Assembly: GCA_963845145.1 (NCBI GenBank)
Contig: CAWJQU010000003.1
Coordinates: 128,001 to 192,000 of the forward strand
Length of the DNA stretch: 64,000 nucleotides
Reading direction: 5' to 3'
Source of the DNA: an uncultured delta proteobacterium
GTDB lineage: Bacteria > Desulfobacterota > Desulfobacteria > Desulfobacterales > QNYZ01
Shown: positions 18,900-28,904 of the stretch, piece after piece
Numbering within the stretch: position 1 is the first letter of the stretch
How the letters are laid out: the number at the start of each line of letters is the position of its first letter
The notes under the pieces: model-generated
What the model was told of the DNA's origin: nothing
Databases searched by the model: none
What the model saw: the letters and a program-made list of their open reading frames with translations, nothing else
Position numbers and translations under genes: made by a program

Positions 18900-20618
18900 A
18901 TGGACAGAGACATTCTAATCGTAAGTACCGAACGCCCGCTCTTTGAAGATATCGAAAAAGCGTGCAAAAATTGCTGTCCCAGCAATATTTCACTAAGTCA
19001 TGTCCCGGACAGCAGGACGACCGCCGATCGGCTAAGAAGCCACTCAATCGCTCTGGTTGTAATCGCTAAACTTCCCGATGAAGAGAGTACGATCTCTTTA
19101 CTTTTCTACATATGGTCCTCTTTCCCGGATGTCCCAATCCTGAATATCGCAGGTGACCAGGAATTTCCTGAGTCGCTGATGATTGAGGAAGAAGGGATCG
19201 CCCTTCGAACCGGACAGACAGCATTGCCCATGCATATGTGGCCGGAGGTAATCAAAAAAACGCTTCATCGCGAGGAAGAAAGCGGCTTCCTCCTTGTTAA
19301 TGACGTATCGAACTTTGCCCAAATGATCGAAAACGAAGTGAGAACTTGCATACTGCGCATTATCGATCATTCTGATAGCCGCCTAGGCATTCTCTTTTTC
19401 GAAAAAGGGAAGTTAAAAAATGCCCGCTTGAAAACGGTTCAAGGTGAAATCGCCGCCTACGCCATTTTGTCCTGGGAAAACGTCAAGATCACCGTTCAAG
19501 ATTCCTGCGATATCTCACCACCTAAAATTCGATCCAATCTGCAAGCCATGCTCATTCGAAGCCAGGTTAAAAAAGACCACCAGGAAATGTCAATTTCGAA
19601 TTCATCAACTTGGATTGAGGCCGCTCAAGAAGAAAAGAAAACTTACCGAAAACTACTCAAACAACTTTCAGCGGCCCAAGTGAATGCAGACAAAAAAGTA
19701 ATACTAACGCCGACGCCGCCGACGCCAGTCGAATCGAAGAGGGGCAAAATCGGCCGTATCCCCATAGCGGCACTCATCGCCATTGGTCTGGCGTTGATAG
19801 CGGCCGTGATTTATTGGGGTAACGCTCACTTTAACCGGTCGGCAGTAGAACGCTCCGCTGTACCCCAGCAGGTATTTTCCAATATCACCCCGACACAAGA
19901 TGTAAAGGCTCCGCCTAAAGAAATGAAGTCCAAGCCCCTTCGGACTAAAATCATTAAGGAAATCCCCCCCTCGGAATCGCCCCCCCTGGAAAAACCATCT
20001 ACGGCAACGCCTACGAAGAACGCGCCGAAGCCTGTAAGTGAGCCGTTAAAAACCGTTTCACCTAACAACCCCACAACAAATAAAGTCACCGGGGATAAAA
20101 CAACATCAACATTGAACCAAAAGACCCCTGATTTGACAACCGAGCCCTCAGCGCCTTTGTCTCCCCCGAAAAACTTGGAAAAAACGCAGTCCGGACATGA
20201 GACCCAGACGGCACAGCCTCCTCCAGCAGGTACGGCCGCATTAAATAGCAAACCACCATCAAACCCAGAGCCGGCAAACCCAGAGCCAGCAGGCCAGGAG
20301 ACCACATATTCGGTATATCTTCATTATACCTACCATGAAAACCGGTCATTGGCCTACAGTTTGGCGGATCATTTGCTTGCGGCTAATTTCAAAGTACCTC
20401 GGATCGAACATGCGGCATACAAAAAGAACGACATCCGCTTTTTCCACACAGCCGATCAAGGCCTTGCCAACCAACTTAAATCAGAGGTAGTGGTATTCTT
20501 AAAGGATAAATTCCCCGGTAAGAGCGGGGTTCAATTCAGAATGAAAAGTCTTGCCAAAAGATACCCCAACACACCCCGGGGCCAACTGGAAATATGGCTC
20601 AACCTTCCTGGGAAATAG
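18900..20618 (+). CDS. Receiver-like + DUF4388/PATAN domain membrane protein with a Pro/Thr-rich linker and a small C-terminal extracytoplasmic domain
   Basis: FAQMIENE..TCIL, GILFFEKGKLKNA, GEIAAYAILSW; TM IPIAALIAIGLALIAAVIYW. Confidence 0.7.
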   Translation: MDRDILIVSTERPLFEDIEKACKNCCPSNISLSHVPDSRTTADRLRSHSIALVVIAKLPDEESTISLLFYIWSSFPDVPILNIAGDQEFPESLMIEEEGIALRTGQTALPMHMWPEVIKKTLHREEESGFLLVNDVSNFAQMIENEVRTCILRIIDHSDSRLGILFFEKGKLKNARLKTVQGEIAAYAILSWENVKITVQDSCDISPPKIRSNLQAMLIRSQVKKDHQEMSISNSSTWIEAAQEEKKTYRKLLKQLSAAQVNADKKVILTPTPPTPVESKRGKIGRIPIAALIAIGLALIAAVIYWGNAHFNRSAVERSAVPQQVFSNITPTQDVKAPPKEMKSKPLRTKIIKEIPPSESPPLEKPSTATPTKNAPKPVSEPLKTVSPNNPTTNKVTGDKTTSTLNQKTPDLTTEPSAPLSPPKNLEKTQSGHETQTAQPPPAGTAALNSKPPSNPEPANPEPAGQETTYSVYLHYTYHENRSLAYSLADHLLAANFKVPRIEHAAYKKNDIRFFHTADQGLANQLKSEVVVFLKDKFPGKSGVQFRMKSLAKRYPNTPRGQLEIWLNLPGK

Positions 20619-20631
20619 GGTAAAGGATAGA

Positions 20632-20687
20632 GGCAAGGGATACCTCGGCCGACTGTAGACCCATTGCCGGCCGAACTATTCCCCTGC
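20632..20687. terminator. Hairpin between convergent genes
   Basis: GCAAGGGATACCTCGGCCG ... CGGCCGAACTATTCCCCTGC. Confidence 0.45.
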
Positions 20688-20701
20688 ACCAGATATAACC
20701 G

Positions 20702-21697
20702 TCAGGGCTGATGCGGTGTATAAGCCTCCAGGTTAATCAAATGCTGCGGCTGCTTCCCTCCCAGATAATCGATGAACTGATCGACCACACCCACATTCAT
20801 ATTGTTCATGGCCTCGGTGGTAAAGGCTGCGGTATGGGGCGTTAGGACCACATTGTCCAGTTCCAGCAACGGAGAATCCGTGGGTGGTTCTGTTTCAAAC
20901 ACATCCAGTCCGGCCCCGGCTATGCCGCCCGCTTTTAACACCTGACATAGATCCGCTTCGTCAACGATCTCTCCTCGGGCTGCATTGATTAGGATGGCGG
21001 TGGGTTTCATCAGCCCCAAGGTCCTTGCATTGATCATCTTATTGTTTTCCGGGGTGAGCGGCGCATGCAGTGAGACAACATCCGAAATCCTGAGCAGATC
21101 TTCCAGCTCAACCCTTTTAATCTTGTGCTCATTCGCAAACACTTCCGGCCAATAGGGGTCATGGGCAACAATATTCATATCAAACCCTTTGGCCCGTAAA
21201 GCCACGGCGCGACCTATGGCGCCGAGGCCCACAATCCCCATGGTTTTTTGCCAGAGCTCTATGCCCATGATTTTAGTATGTTCCCAGCGCTTGTCCCGTA
21301 AGCTTTGGTCGCAATAGATGATCTTACGAGCCACGGCCAGGAGTATGGCAAAAGTATGGTCTGCCACAGCCTGGTTATTCACACCCGGCGTATTAAACAC
21401 GATAACCCCATGGCGGCTGGCGGCCTTGATATCGATCATATCGAGGCCGACGCCCATTTTGGCGACCACCTTTAAGTTAGGGGCTTGGTCAAGTAACCCG
21501 TCGTTAATAACCAGGTCGTTGCCGCTTAATACCGCATCCGCCGTTTTTAAGGCTGCCATGAAGTCCGCATCTTGAGGCCCCTTACCGCGCAAATCGATAA
21601 TTTCAAGCCCTGAAGTGTTAAGAAGCACTTCCATGGGTTTTTTGTCAAACACGCAAAAGGGTCTGGCCTCAATTATAAGTTTAACTGGTTTCATCAA
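20702..21697 (-). CDS. D-2-hydroxyacid dehydrogenase (SerA-like)
   Basis: GVGLD, GLGAIG, LINAARG, LDVF, TPHTA. Confidence 0.9.
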   Translation of the reverse strand: MMKPVKLIIEARPFCVFDKKPMEVLLNTSGLEIIDLRGKGPQDADFMAALKTADAVLSGNDLVINDGLLDQAPNLKVVAKMGVGLDMIDIKAASRHGVIVFNTPGVNNQAVADHTFAILLAVARKIIYCDQSLRDKRWEHTKIMGIELWQKTMGIVGLGAIGRAVALRAKGFDMNIVAHDPYWPEVFANEHKIKRVELEDLLRISDVVSLHAPLTPENNKMINARTLGLMKPTAILINAARGEIVDEADLCQVLKAGGIAGAGLDVFETEPPTDSPLLELDNVVLTPHTAAFTTEAMNNMNVGVVDQFIDYLGGKQPQHLINLEAYTPHQP

Positions 21698-21715
21698 AAC
21701 ATTTCCTGATTAGGT

Positions 21716-22906
21716 TTAACCGATCTTAAGGACCATTGCGCCTGCTGTATCGCCCGCTGCGCAACCACCAAACAACAGATAACCGCCGCCGTTCATTGCC
21801 ACTTCCTCGATTCCTTCGATAATACATCGACCGGCCGTGGGGCCCTGGGGGTGACCAAACACAATGGGGCTGCCATAGTTATTCATTCCCATCACATCGA
21901 TATTGAACTCTTTAGCCATATAAAGATCGTTGGATGCAAAAGGATTGTGGGTTTTAATCGTTTTTATATCGTCAATGGATAGGCCGGCATTTTCTAATGC
22001 CATCCGGCTGGCGGGCACCACAGCCTTAGCCATAAACCCTTTATCCGTGCGAGAAAAACCATATGATACCACCTGGACCTCGATGTTGGGATCAATGCTC
22101 AGCTCCTTGGCTATTTCCCGCGTGGTCACCTGGATACCGACATTTCCATCCGCCGGATGTGTCTGGGCACCAAAGGTGTGCACACCACCGGGAAGAACCG
22201 GTTTCAGTTTGGCAAGCCCTTCGGCAGTTGTTGGGAATATACCTTCGTCTGCTTCCACGAGGTTCGTCTTTTTCTTGGAAACCTTTACTTCCACCGGAAA
22301 CATATACCGTTTTTGAAAGGCACGATCATCCGCTAAGGCATCCTCATATTGTTCTGAACGCCGGAGCGCCACCGCATCGCACTCCTCTCTGGTAGCCCCG
22401 GCTTCCTTGGCTACGTTTTCGGCCGTCTGAATCATCGCGCCTTTAGCGGTAGGATCGTATCCAAAATGATCCATAACCCAATCTTCCGAAACGACCTGTC
22501 CGCCAGGTCCCTTGGGATTAGGCCAAATAGTGTGCGGCCCGTTGGAGCATCGATCGAGCATTAAGCAAAACGGTTGTTGGTACAATCCTGTCTCAACCCC
22601 CACACTGGCTTGATAGATACAGGTAGTGGATGTCGAACAGGCCTGCATCAGCGTGACACCTGGCATATGGCCGGCCCCCATCATATGCGCCGCCCATGTG
22701 CTCCCATAAAATAGATAGGGTTGCCCAACCGTCGTTCCCATAACCAGGTAGTCCATTGCGCTCGCGTCCCAGTTTTTTTCGCCAAGCCAACGTTTCGCTG
22801 TTTCTGCACCCAACACAATGGAATTTTCATTGGCAAAACTTCCCTGCCAACGGGCAAATGGCGAACTGAAATATCCGCCATAAGGAATGTACGCTTTGGT
22901 CAGCAT
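21716..22906 (-). CDS. Thiolase-family protein
   Basis: QACSTS, HPADG, GHPQG, GCAAG; HNPF in place of NEAF. Confidence 0.88.
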   Translation of the reverse strand: MLTKAYIPYGGYFSSPFARWQGSFANENSIVLGAETAKRWLGEKNWDASAMDYLVMGTTVGQPYLFYGSTWAAHMMGAGHMPGVTLMQACSTSTTCIYQASVGVETGLYQQPFCLMLDRCSNGPHTIWPNPKGPGGQVVSEDWVMDHFGYDPTAKGAMIQTAENVAKEAGATREECDAVALRRSEQYEDALADDRAFQKRYMFPVEVKVSKKKTNLVEADEGIFPTTAEGLAKLKPVLPGGVHTFGAQTHPADGNVGIQVTTREIAKELSIDPNIEVQVVSYGFSRTDKGFMAKAVVPASRMALENAGLSIDDIKTIKTHNPFASNDLYMAKEFNIDVMGMNNYGSPIVFGHPQGPTAGRCIIEGIEEVAMNGGGYLLFGGCAAGDTAGAMVLKIG

Positions 22907-22952
22907 GAATAATACCTCCTGTGATATTGATTATAAAAAAAACAACTCGTTA

Positions 22953-24512
22953 TTATTTACTTTGAATTTTCTCTTTTAGTTTTCGATGGATTATTTTTCC
23001 ACTGGTCGTTCGAGGCATTTCGTCCTCTTTTATAAAATGCACTTCTTTGGGCCGTTTATAACCGGCCAGGCCTTTTTGACAGCAATTATTGATAGTCTCT
23101 TCATTAATTTGACTTTCATCCATTCCGTCCTTGACAACCACAACGGCCACGACCTTTTCACCCCACTTATCGTCCGGCAGGCCAATACAGGCACAGTCGA
23201 AAACGCATTCATCACTACCGACAACCTCCTCGACCTCACTGGGATAAACATGTTCACCGCCGGTGATGATCATGTTGTCTTTCCGGTCGACGATTTCGTA
23301 AAATCCGTCTTCATCCTGGCGCGCCATATCTCCGGCTGAAAACCACTCGCCCTGAAAAGATGACGCTGTCTTTTCCGGTAATTTATAATACTCGTCAAAC
23401 AGCATGGGGCCTTTGGAATAGAGTTCGCCGACTTCACCCCGAGGTACCTCTTGACCATTTTCATCCAAGATCTTTAAAAAATCGGTTCCAAGGGTTTCGT
23501 AGCCAATGGAGCCAAGCTTGCGCATCTGGTCTTCAGGCTTCAGCACGGTAACGATGCCGGCCTCGGAGGAACCATACCCTTCGTATAGTTCAACACCGGA
23601 AAAGAAGTCCATGATGGCCAGTTTCATACTCTTTCTCACCGGTGCCGATGAACAGAGCAACTTTCGGACCGAGCTGACGTCCCATTTCTTTTCATCACCC
23701 ACTGCATTAAGTATTATATTATAATGTGTTGGTATCAAAGAAATAAATGTCGCCTTTTCTTTTTCAATAATAGAAAGGATCTCATGGGGACGAAAGGAAC
23801 GCGCCGGGTGAATATAAACACTGGCGCCAATATAAAGAAAGGTGAATGTAAAAAAAGTGGAATTGATATGACACAATGGCATAACATTCAAACAGATGTC
23901 ATGATCATTAAACGCAAAGTCAATGCCATTGATCAGGTAAAAGGCGATATGGGAGGCATGAGAACGAACCACGCCTTTGGGTTTACCGGTAGTACCCGAA
24001 GTGTAGATCAATATCCAGGTATCTTCAGGAGCGACGGCGACCTGCGGTTCGTTTTTTGATCCGTCACTGAGCATGTCTTCATAATTGCGGAATCCGGCCA
24101 CATTTTCGCCGACGACAAAAAAGTTATTCGAACCAATTTGTGGTAGGCGTTCACGGATACCCTCCACAATCGGGGCAAATTCATCATCAACGATGAGCGC
24201 ACTCGCATCGGAATTATTGACGATATACTCGACCTCTCTGCCCACCAATCGAAAATTGATGGGAACAATGATCAGGCCTGATTTAGCCGTCGCTAAAAAG
24301 ATTTCCACAATCTCGATGCTGTTTTCCATCAGTACGGCGACCTTGTCACCTTTCTCAAGCCCCAGCTTTAAAAGGCTGTCCGCCAACCTGTTGACCCGTT
24401 CATTTACTTCAGGATAGGTGAAGCTGCGTTGGGCGTCTTTTAGGGCTACCGTCTTGGGATATTTCTTGGCATTCATTTTTAAATGCTGCCCAAGGTTCAT
24501 CCAAGCTGTCAC
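22953..24512 (-). CDS. AMP-forming acyl-CoA synthetase
   Basis: YTSGTTGKPKG, EGYGSSE, AGD, RKDNMI, PRTTSGK. Confidence 0.92.
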   Translation of the reverse strand: MTAWMNLGQHLKMNAKKYPKTVALKDAQRSFTYPEVNERVNRLADSLLKLGLEKGDKVAVLMENSIEIVEIFLATAKSGLIIVPINFRLVGREVEYIVNNSDASALIVDDEFAPIVEGIRERLPQIGSNNFFVVGENVAGFRNYEDMLSDGSKNEPQVAVAPEDTWILIYTSGTTGKPKGVVRSHASHIAFYLINGIDFAFNDHDICLNVMPLCHINSTFFTFTFLYIGASVYIHPARSFRPHEILSIIEKEKATFISLIPTHYNIILNAVGDEKKWDVSSVRKLLCSSAPVRKSMKLAIMDFFSGVELYEGYGSSEAGIVTVLKPEDQMRKLGSIGYETLGTDFLKILDENGQEVPRGEVGELYSKGPMLFDEYYKLPEKTASSFQGEWFSAGDMARQDEDGFYEIVDRKDNMIITGGEHVYPSEVEEVVGSDECVFDCACIGLPDDKWGEKVVAVVVVKDGMDESQINEETINNCCQKGLAGYKRPKEVHFIKEDEMPRTTSGKIIHRKLKEKIQSK

Positions 24513-24625
24513 GGTTACCTCCTTTAATTAAGCGTTACCAGCACGAGACGATAATCTGGCAAGCCGTTGAGCTGATAGCAAGGAATTTTTAGTTCGTTAC
24601 CAGCTCAATAACTCACCAGCTTCTT

Positions 24626-26704
24626 TTAAATGGCTATTCTTGCGTCAACGGCAAATACGCCTGTTTCAAAGGCCATTACCGGGTTTAAGTCCATCTCCTG
24701 AATTTCCGGCAGGTCCCCGACCAACTGAGATAATTTTGAGAGCAACTCTTCAATCGCTTTCAGGTCGACGCCTTTTTGGCCACGAACGCCAGATAGTAAC
24801 GGAGCCCCTTTAATAGTAGACAGCATCTCCTTAGCGTCGGTATCGGTAAGGGGCGTCAGATTAAAGACGACATCTTTTAAAACCTCTACGAATATACCGC
24901 CCAAACCGAACATGATGATGTGCCCAAGCCCCTCTTCCGCTTTGGCGCCAAGAATGATCTCCATACCACCCGGTAGAAATTTCTGCACAAAAAAGCGCAG
25001 ATCGTCGGCTTTCAGCCCATCTGCCATTTTTTGGGCCGCGCCTTGGGCAGCGTCTCGATCTTTTAAGTTGACGGCCACGCCCCCCATGTCGCTTTTGTGA
25101 ACCACGGATTGAGCATCGGCTTTTATGACCACAGGAAATCCGATGGCTTCGGCCATTTTCGCCGCTTCGTCGGGAGAATCCGCCATGCGCCATTCGGCGG
25201 TGGGGATCGAATAAGCATCCAGAATTTGGTAAACTTCTTCGGCGGAAAGCATTTGGCGGCCATCACCTTTGGCTTTTGAAATGATGGCCGCGGCCCGGCC
25301 TTTATCGACGCCTGCGAATGTCTTGACTTCACCGGCATCCCGACTCCGAATTCGATGATACCTCACCAACGCAGTGAGAGCCCGGGCGGCTTCTCCGGGC
25401 AGTGCAAAACAGGGCACGCCACCCTTTTGTAGAATTCCAACCACTGAAGCCCATTGCTGCCGATCCGTCATCAGATTGCAAACGATCGGTTTGAGCTGCT
25501 GCTTGCTAACCGCTACGATCTCCTCGGCAATTTTATCATTATCGACGAAAAACGGTGTGACAAAATTAACAAGAATACTATCAAAATGGTCATCGACCAT
25601 CATGGCATCCAGGCAGGCACGGTAGTGTTCGCCCGTGCCCGTAGCCAATACGTCCACAGGGTTATGGACAGCGGCGTCGGCGAATAATTTTTCCTTGAGC
25701 ACTTTTTCTGTTTTCTCCGAAAGGGGCGGTAATTCGAGGCCGGCGTCAACCAGGATGTCCGTTCCGATAACCGCCGGTCCTCCCGTATTTGTAATGATGC
25801 CCACACGGTTCCCCTTGGGTATCGGTTGGGAGGCAAAGGCGGCCGCGGCATTGATGAGTTCCCCTTCATCTCGAAAATCGATGATGCCCGCCTTTTTAAA
25901 GATAAGATCCGTAGCAATATCCTTTTTGGCCAACCCGCCGGTATGGGAAGCCGCCGCCTGAGCGCCTTCTTCGGTTCGGCCGGCTTTCATGGCCAATACC
26001 GGTTTTTTGGCCGCTACTTCCTTTGCAACTTCCATAAAAGTAGACGGGTCTCTTAACCCTTCCACATAGGTCACTATGACACGCGTACCGTCGTCATCAC
26101 CCAGGTACCGAATAAGCTCCGGAATGGTAATATCGCACGCATTACCATTGGAGGCATAAATCCGTGTGCCTACCCCCATAGAGGAAAACCCCTGATGGAT
26201 GACTTCCGCCACGCCACCGCTTAAAGCGACAATGGAAATATGCCCCGGCTCTGGAAAGGTAAACGTAAAATTGCAATAGGCCCGGTGATCCGGATCTGAA
26301 TTTATGATCCCCTGACAATTGGGGCCGAACACGCGCATACCGTATTTTTTTGCCACTACCATAAACGCATCTTCGATGGCCGCACCTTCAGCACCCACTT
26401 CCGAAAATCCGCCGGAGTTGATGATGATGTGTTTAACCCCCTTTTTACCGCAATCTTCAAAGGCCATGGGCACAAACTTGGCCGGAATCACCATATGGGC
26501 CACATCGATCGGACCTTCTACGTCCAGCAGGGATTTGTAGGCTTTGAGCCCCCGAATTTCGTCAGCCTTGGGGTTTATGGGATATATTCCGCCCTTGTAA
26601 CCGAAATCGATTAAATTTTTTATCACCCGGTTACCGATATGCAACTCCTTGCTCGAAGCTCCGACAACGGCAACGCCCCGTGGTTTAAATAGCGCATCTA
26701 ACAT
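24626..26704 (-). CDS. ADP-forming acyl-CoA synthetase, fused alpha/beta
   Basis: VAVVGAS, GPNCQG, AASHTG, NPVD, HKSDMGGV, MDLNP. Confidence 0.92.
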   Translation of the reverse strand: MLDALFKPRGVAVVGASSKELHIGNRVIKNLIDFGYKGGIYPINPKADEIRGLKAYKSLLDVEGPIDVAHMVIPAKFVPMAFEDCGKKGVKHIIINSGGFSEVGAEGAAIEDAFMVVAKKYGMRVFGPNCQGIINSDPDHRAYCNFTFTFPEPGHISIVALSGGVAEVIHQGFSSMGVGTRIYASNGNACDITIPELIRYLGDDDGTRVIVTYVEGLRDPSTFMEVAKEVAAKKPVLAMKAGRTEEGAQAAASHTGGLAKKDIATDLIFKKAGIIDFRDEGELINAAAAFASQPIPKGNRVGIITNTGGPAVIGTDILVDAGLELPPLSEKTEKVLKEKLFADAAVHNPVDVLATGTGEHYRACLDAMMVDDHFDSILVNFVTPFFVDNDKIAEEIVAVSKQQLKPIVCNLMTDRQQWASVVGILQKGGVPCFALPGEAARALTALVRYHRIRSRDAGEVKTFAGVDKGRAAAIISKAKGDGRQMLSAEEVYQILDAYSIPTAEWRMADSPDEAAKMAEAIGFPVVIKADAQSVVHKSDMGGVAVNLKDRDAAQGAAQKMADGLKADDLRFFVQKFLPGGMEIILGAKAEEGLGHIIMFGLGGIFVEVLKDVVFNLTPLTDTDAKEMLSTIKGAPLLSGVRGQKGVDLKAIEELLSKLSQLVGDLPEIQEMDLNPVMAFETGVFAVDARIAI

Positions 26705-26799
26705 TTATCGCTCCTTGATTCGTCGATGGTGGTGTTCGTCAAAACGATCATTCTCAATACCGTTTTCTCTAATCGGGTGTATCCTACCAACAATCTGTA

Positions 26800-28050
26800 T
26801 TACCCTTCCCTCTCTTCCAACTGCTCAATAAATGCCTCCACATTCGTTTTGGTCTGTTCGTCGGAAATCATTCTTAAATCATTTAAATCCCCGTTAATCA
26901 CCAACGACGGGATTTTCGTTTCTTCTTCCAGGCGTCGGGCCATACCGTACCGACAATTAGAGTTGTTGGGGCATGTCATGGCATCGTGATACACAATGCC
27001 GTCCACCTTAAAAAAGTCCAACATCCGTTTAATATATTCTTCCTTGGCCTCATCGGATCGCACGATGAACAACTTCGTATAGGCCCGGGCCATACTGTTG
27101 AATGGGTCATTTTCATCAAAATCCGAAAAAATCCAGCTGTTGCAGTAAGTTGATGCCAGCACGTTAGCACCCAAAGCCGAAAAGAGCTTTGAATGGGTAC
27201 TCAAGCGTCCCCATACAGGCATCCCTTCCCAATAGATCCGAAACTTTTCACCCTCAACGGCAGAGACCTGATCCTGAACACGCTCCTCCAATTCCGCCAA
27301 GAGACCAATATAATAATCGACAGCTTGCTGGGTGCCTCGCAGAACAACAGCAGGTCCCATATGAATCGTCCCATCAAAAAATGTAATCGGTGACGGCTTC
27401 TTCCCGGCGGTGAAAAGTACTTTTTGCCAAAGCTCCGAACACTCGCGGGAGAGGGCCATGACGCGTTTTAGCTCATTAATGTCAAATTTATTTCCTGAGA
27501 CTTCCTCCAGCGCCGGGATCAGGTTTTTGATTTGCTCGGCAACGGAAGTCACATGTTCCTCGCCGACATCCCCCACGCCCCGGTGGGTATGAATTCCAAT
27601 CACCGGCACGTTGAACTCATTACCATACCAGGCAAACCAGTCCTGAACATCCCGGCATTGATTGGTATTGAATACGAGCACATCAGGCTTGGGTACCGAC
27701 TCGATGCCCGGATACGCTTTTGATAGCGGGGTAACCCCCTTCATGTAAGCGCCGATATCGGCGGTGAGGTAAGAACAGATCGTCGGGGTATAACCGATGG
27801 CGTTGGCTTCGGGAATCATGTCGGTGGCCATTCGGGTGGCACCCAACATGGCCCCGTGGTTTTCGGGAAAGTGAACCAAGAACCCCATGGCCCGTAACAG
27901 TTCCGCCGGCCCGACACTAGTACACCAAGCGATGGGCTTGCTGCGATCCTTGGCAGCTGCGTCCAGTTCATAAAAGTAATCGGCCATGATTTTTCCCATC
28001 TGGGCCGTGGCTTTTATCTTAATACGTTTCACTTTTTTTTCTTCCGCCAT
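26800..28050 (-). CDS. 2-hydroxyacyl-CoA dehydratase subunit (HgdA/B, FldB/C family)
   Basis: PAELLRAMG, FPENHGA, ICSY, NQC, HDAMTC, TNVEAFIE. Confidence 0.88.
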   Translation of the reverse strand: MAEEKKVKRIKIKATAQMGKIMADYFYELDAAAKDRSKPIAWCTSVGPAELLRAMGFLVHFPENHGAMLGATRMATDMIPEANAIGYTPTICSYLTADIGAYMKGVTPLSKAYPGIESVPKPDVLVFNTNQCRDVQDWFAWYGNEFNVPVIGIHTHRGVGDVGEEHVTSVAEQIKNLIPALEEVSGNKFDINELKRVMALSRECSELWQKVLFTAGKKPSPITFFDGTIHMGPAVVLRGTQQAVDYYIGLLAELEERVQDQVSAVEGEKFRIYWEGMPVWGRLSTHSKLFSALGANVLASTYCNSWIFSDFDENDPFNSMARAYTKLFIVRSDEAKEEYIKRMLDFFKVDGIVYHDAMTCPNNSNCRYGMARRLEEETKIPSLVINGDLNDLRMISDEQTKTNVEAFIEQLEEREG

Positions 28051-28082
28051 TTTATCACCTCTTTAATAATTGATAAGTCGTT

Positions 28083-28877
28083 CTAGAATGAGTGGCCATC
28101 TGCCGCCCACAATGCGGCACCCAGGGCTCCTGTCAATTGAGGATGATCGGCAACATAAACCTTTCGTTCGATAAGCTCTTCAGCCATCGTCACAAGGTAG
28201 GGGTTATGCGCCACAACACCGCCGGTCATTACAACGTTTTCGCTAACGGAGTCCATCTCCATAACCCGCCGAATCACCGAAAAGAAAAGTCCCTTCACAA
28301 TGTCGGGCACTTTTTTTCCGTTTCTGATCTTTTCCAGCACTTCCGTTCCGGAAAAAACGGTACAAAAGCTACCCAGGCGTTCCATATTCTGCGATTGAGC
28401 GGCAAGATCGTTTAGATCTCCCAACGGAATGTCCAACCTCAGGGCCATTTCCTCAAGAAACGCGCCTGTTCCGGCAGCGCATTTACGGTTCATTTTAAAA
28501 TTTAGGCGATGCCCCTTGGCATCCAGCTTGATGACTTTATTATCCTGACCACCAATGTCGATGACGGTTATGGCCATGGGAAAGTGATGAAAACAGCCCC
28601 TGGCGTGGCAACTGATCTCCGTTTTCGCGCCTTGGGTGAAACTGACGTTTTTGCGCCCGTAACCCGTTGATACGGTATGGGCAATATCATCAAAAGCCAC
28701 GCCGCCCTTTTCTAACGCTGTCTCCAGGCATCTATCGGCTGTCGTCGTAAAATTAGTACCGGACTTTCGGATCGCATAACCGATCATCTCTTTACCGGCA
28801 TCCAATAGGACTAACTTGGTACGCGAGGAGCCCACATCAACACCAACGTAAATCGGTTGTTGCGCCATGGTATCCAT
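28083..28877 (-). CDS. 2-hydroxyacyl-CoA dehydratase activase (HgdC-like ASKHA ATPase)
   Basis: GVDVGS, STGYGR, IDIGGQD, KCAAGTG, CTVF, TGGV. Confidence 0.92.
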   Translation of the reverse strand: MDTMAQQPIYVGVDVGSSRTKLVLLDAGKEMIGYAIRKSGTNFTTTADRCLETALEKGGVAFDDIAHTVSTGYGRKNVSFTQGAKTEISCHARGCFHHFPMAITVIDIGGQDNKVIKLDAKGHRLNFKMNRKCAAGTGAFLEEMALRLDIPLGDLNDLAAQSQNMERLGSFCTVFSGTEVLEKIRNGKKVPDIVKGLFFSVIRRVMEMDSVSENVVMTGGVVAHNPYLVTMAEELIERKVYVADHPQLTGALGAALWAADGHSF

Positions 28878-28904
28878 CCTCCTCTATGCATCAAATAGTG
28901 AGCG

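Noticed and set aside
24533..24604. CGTTACCAGC repeated twice in an intergenic spacer
   Set aside because: Only two 10-bp copies; too weak to interpret
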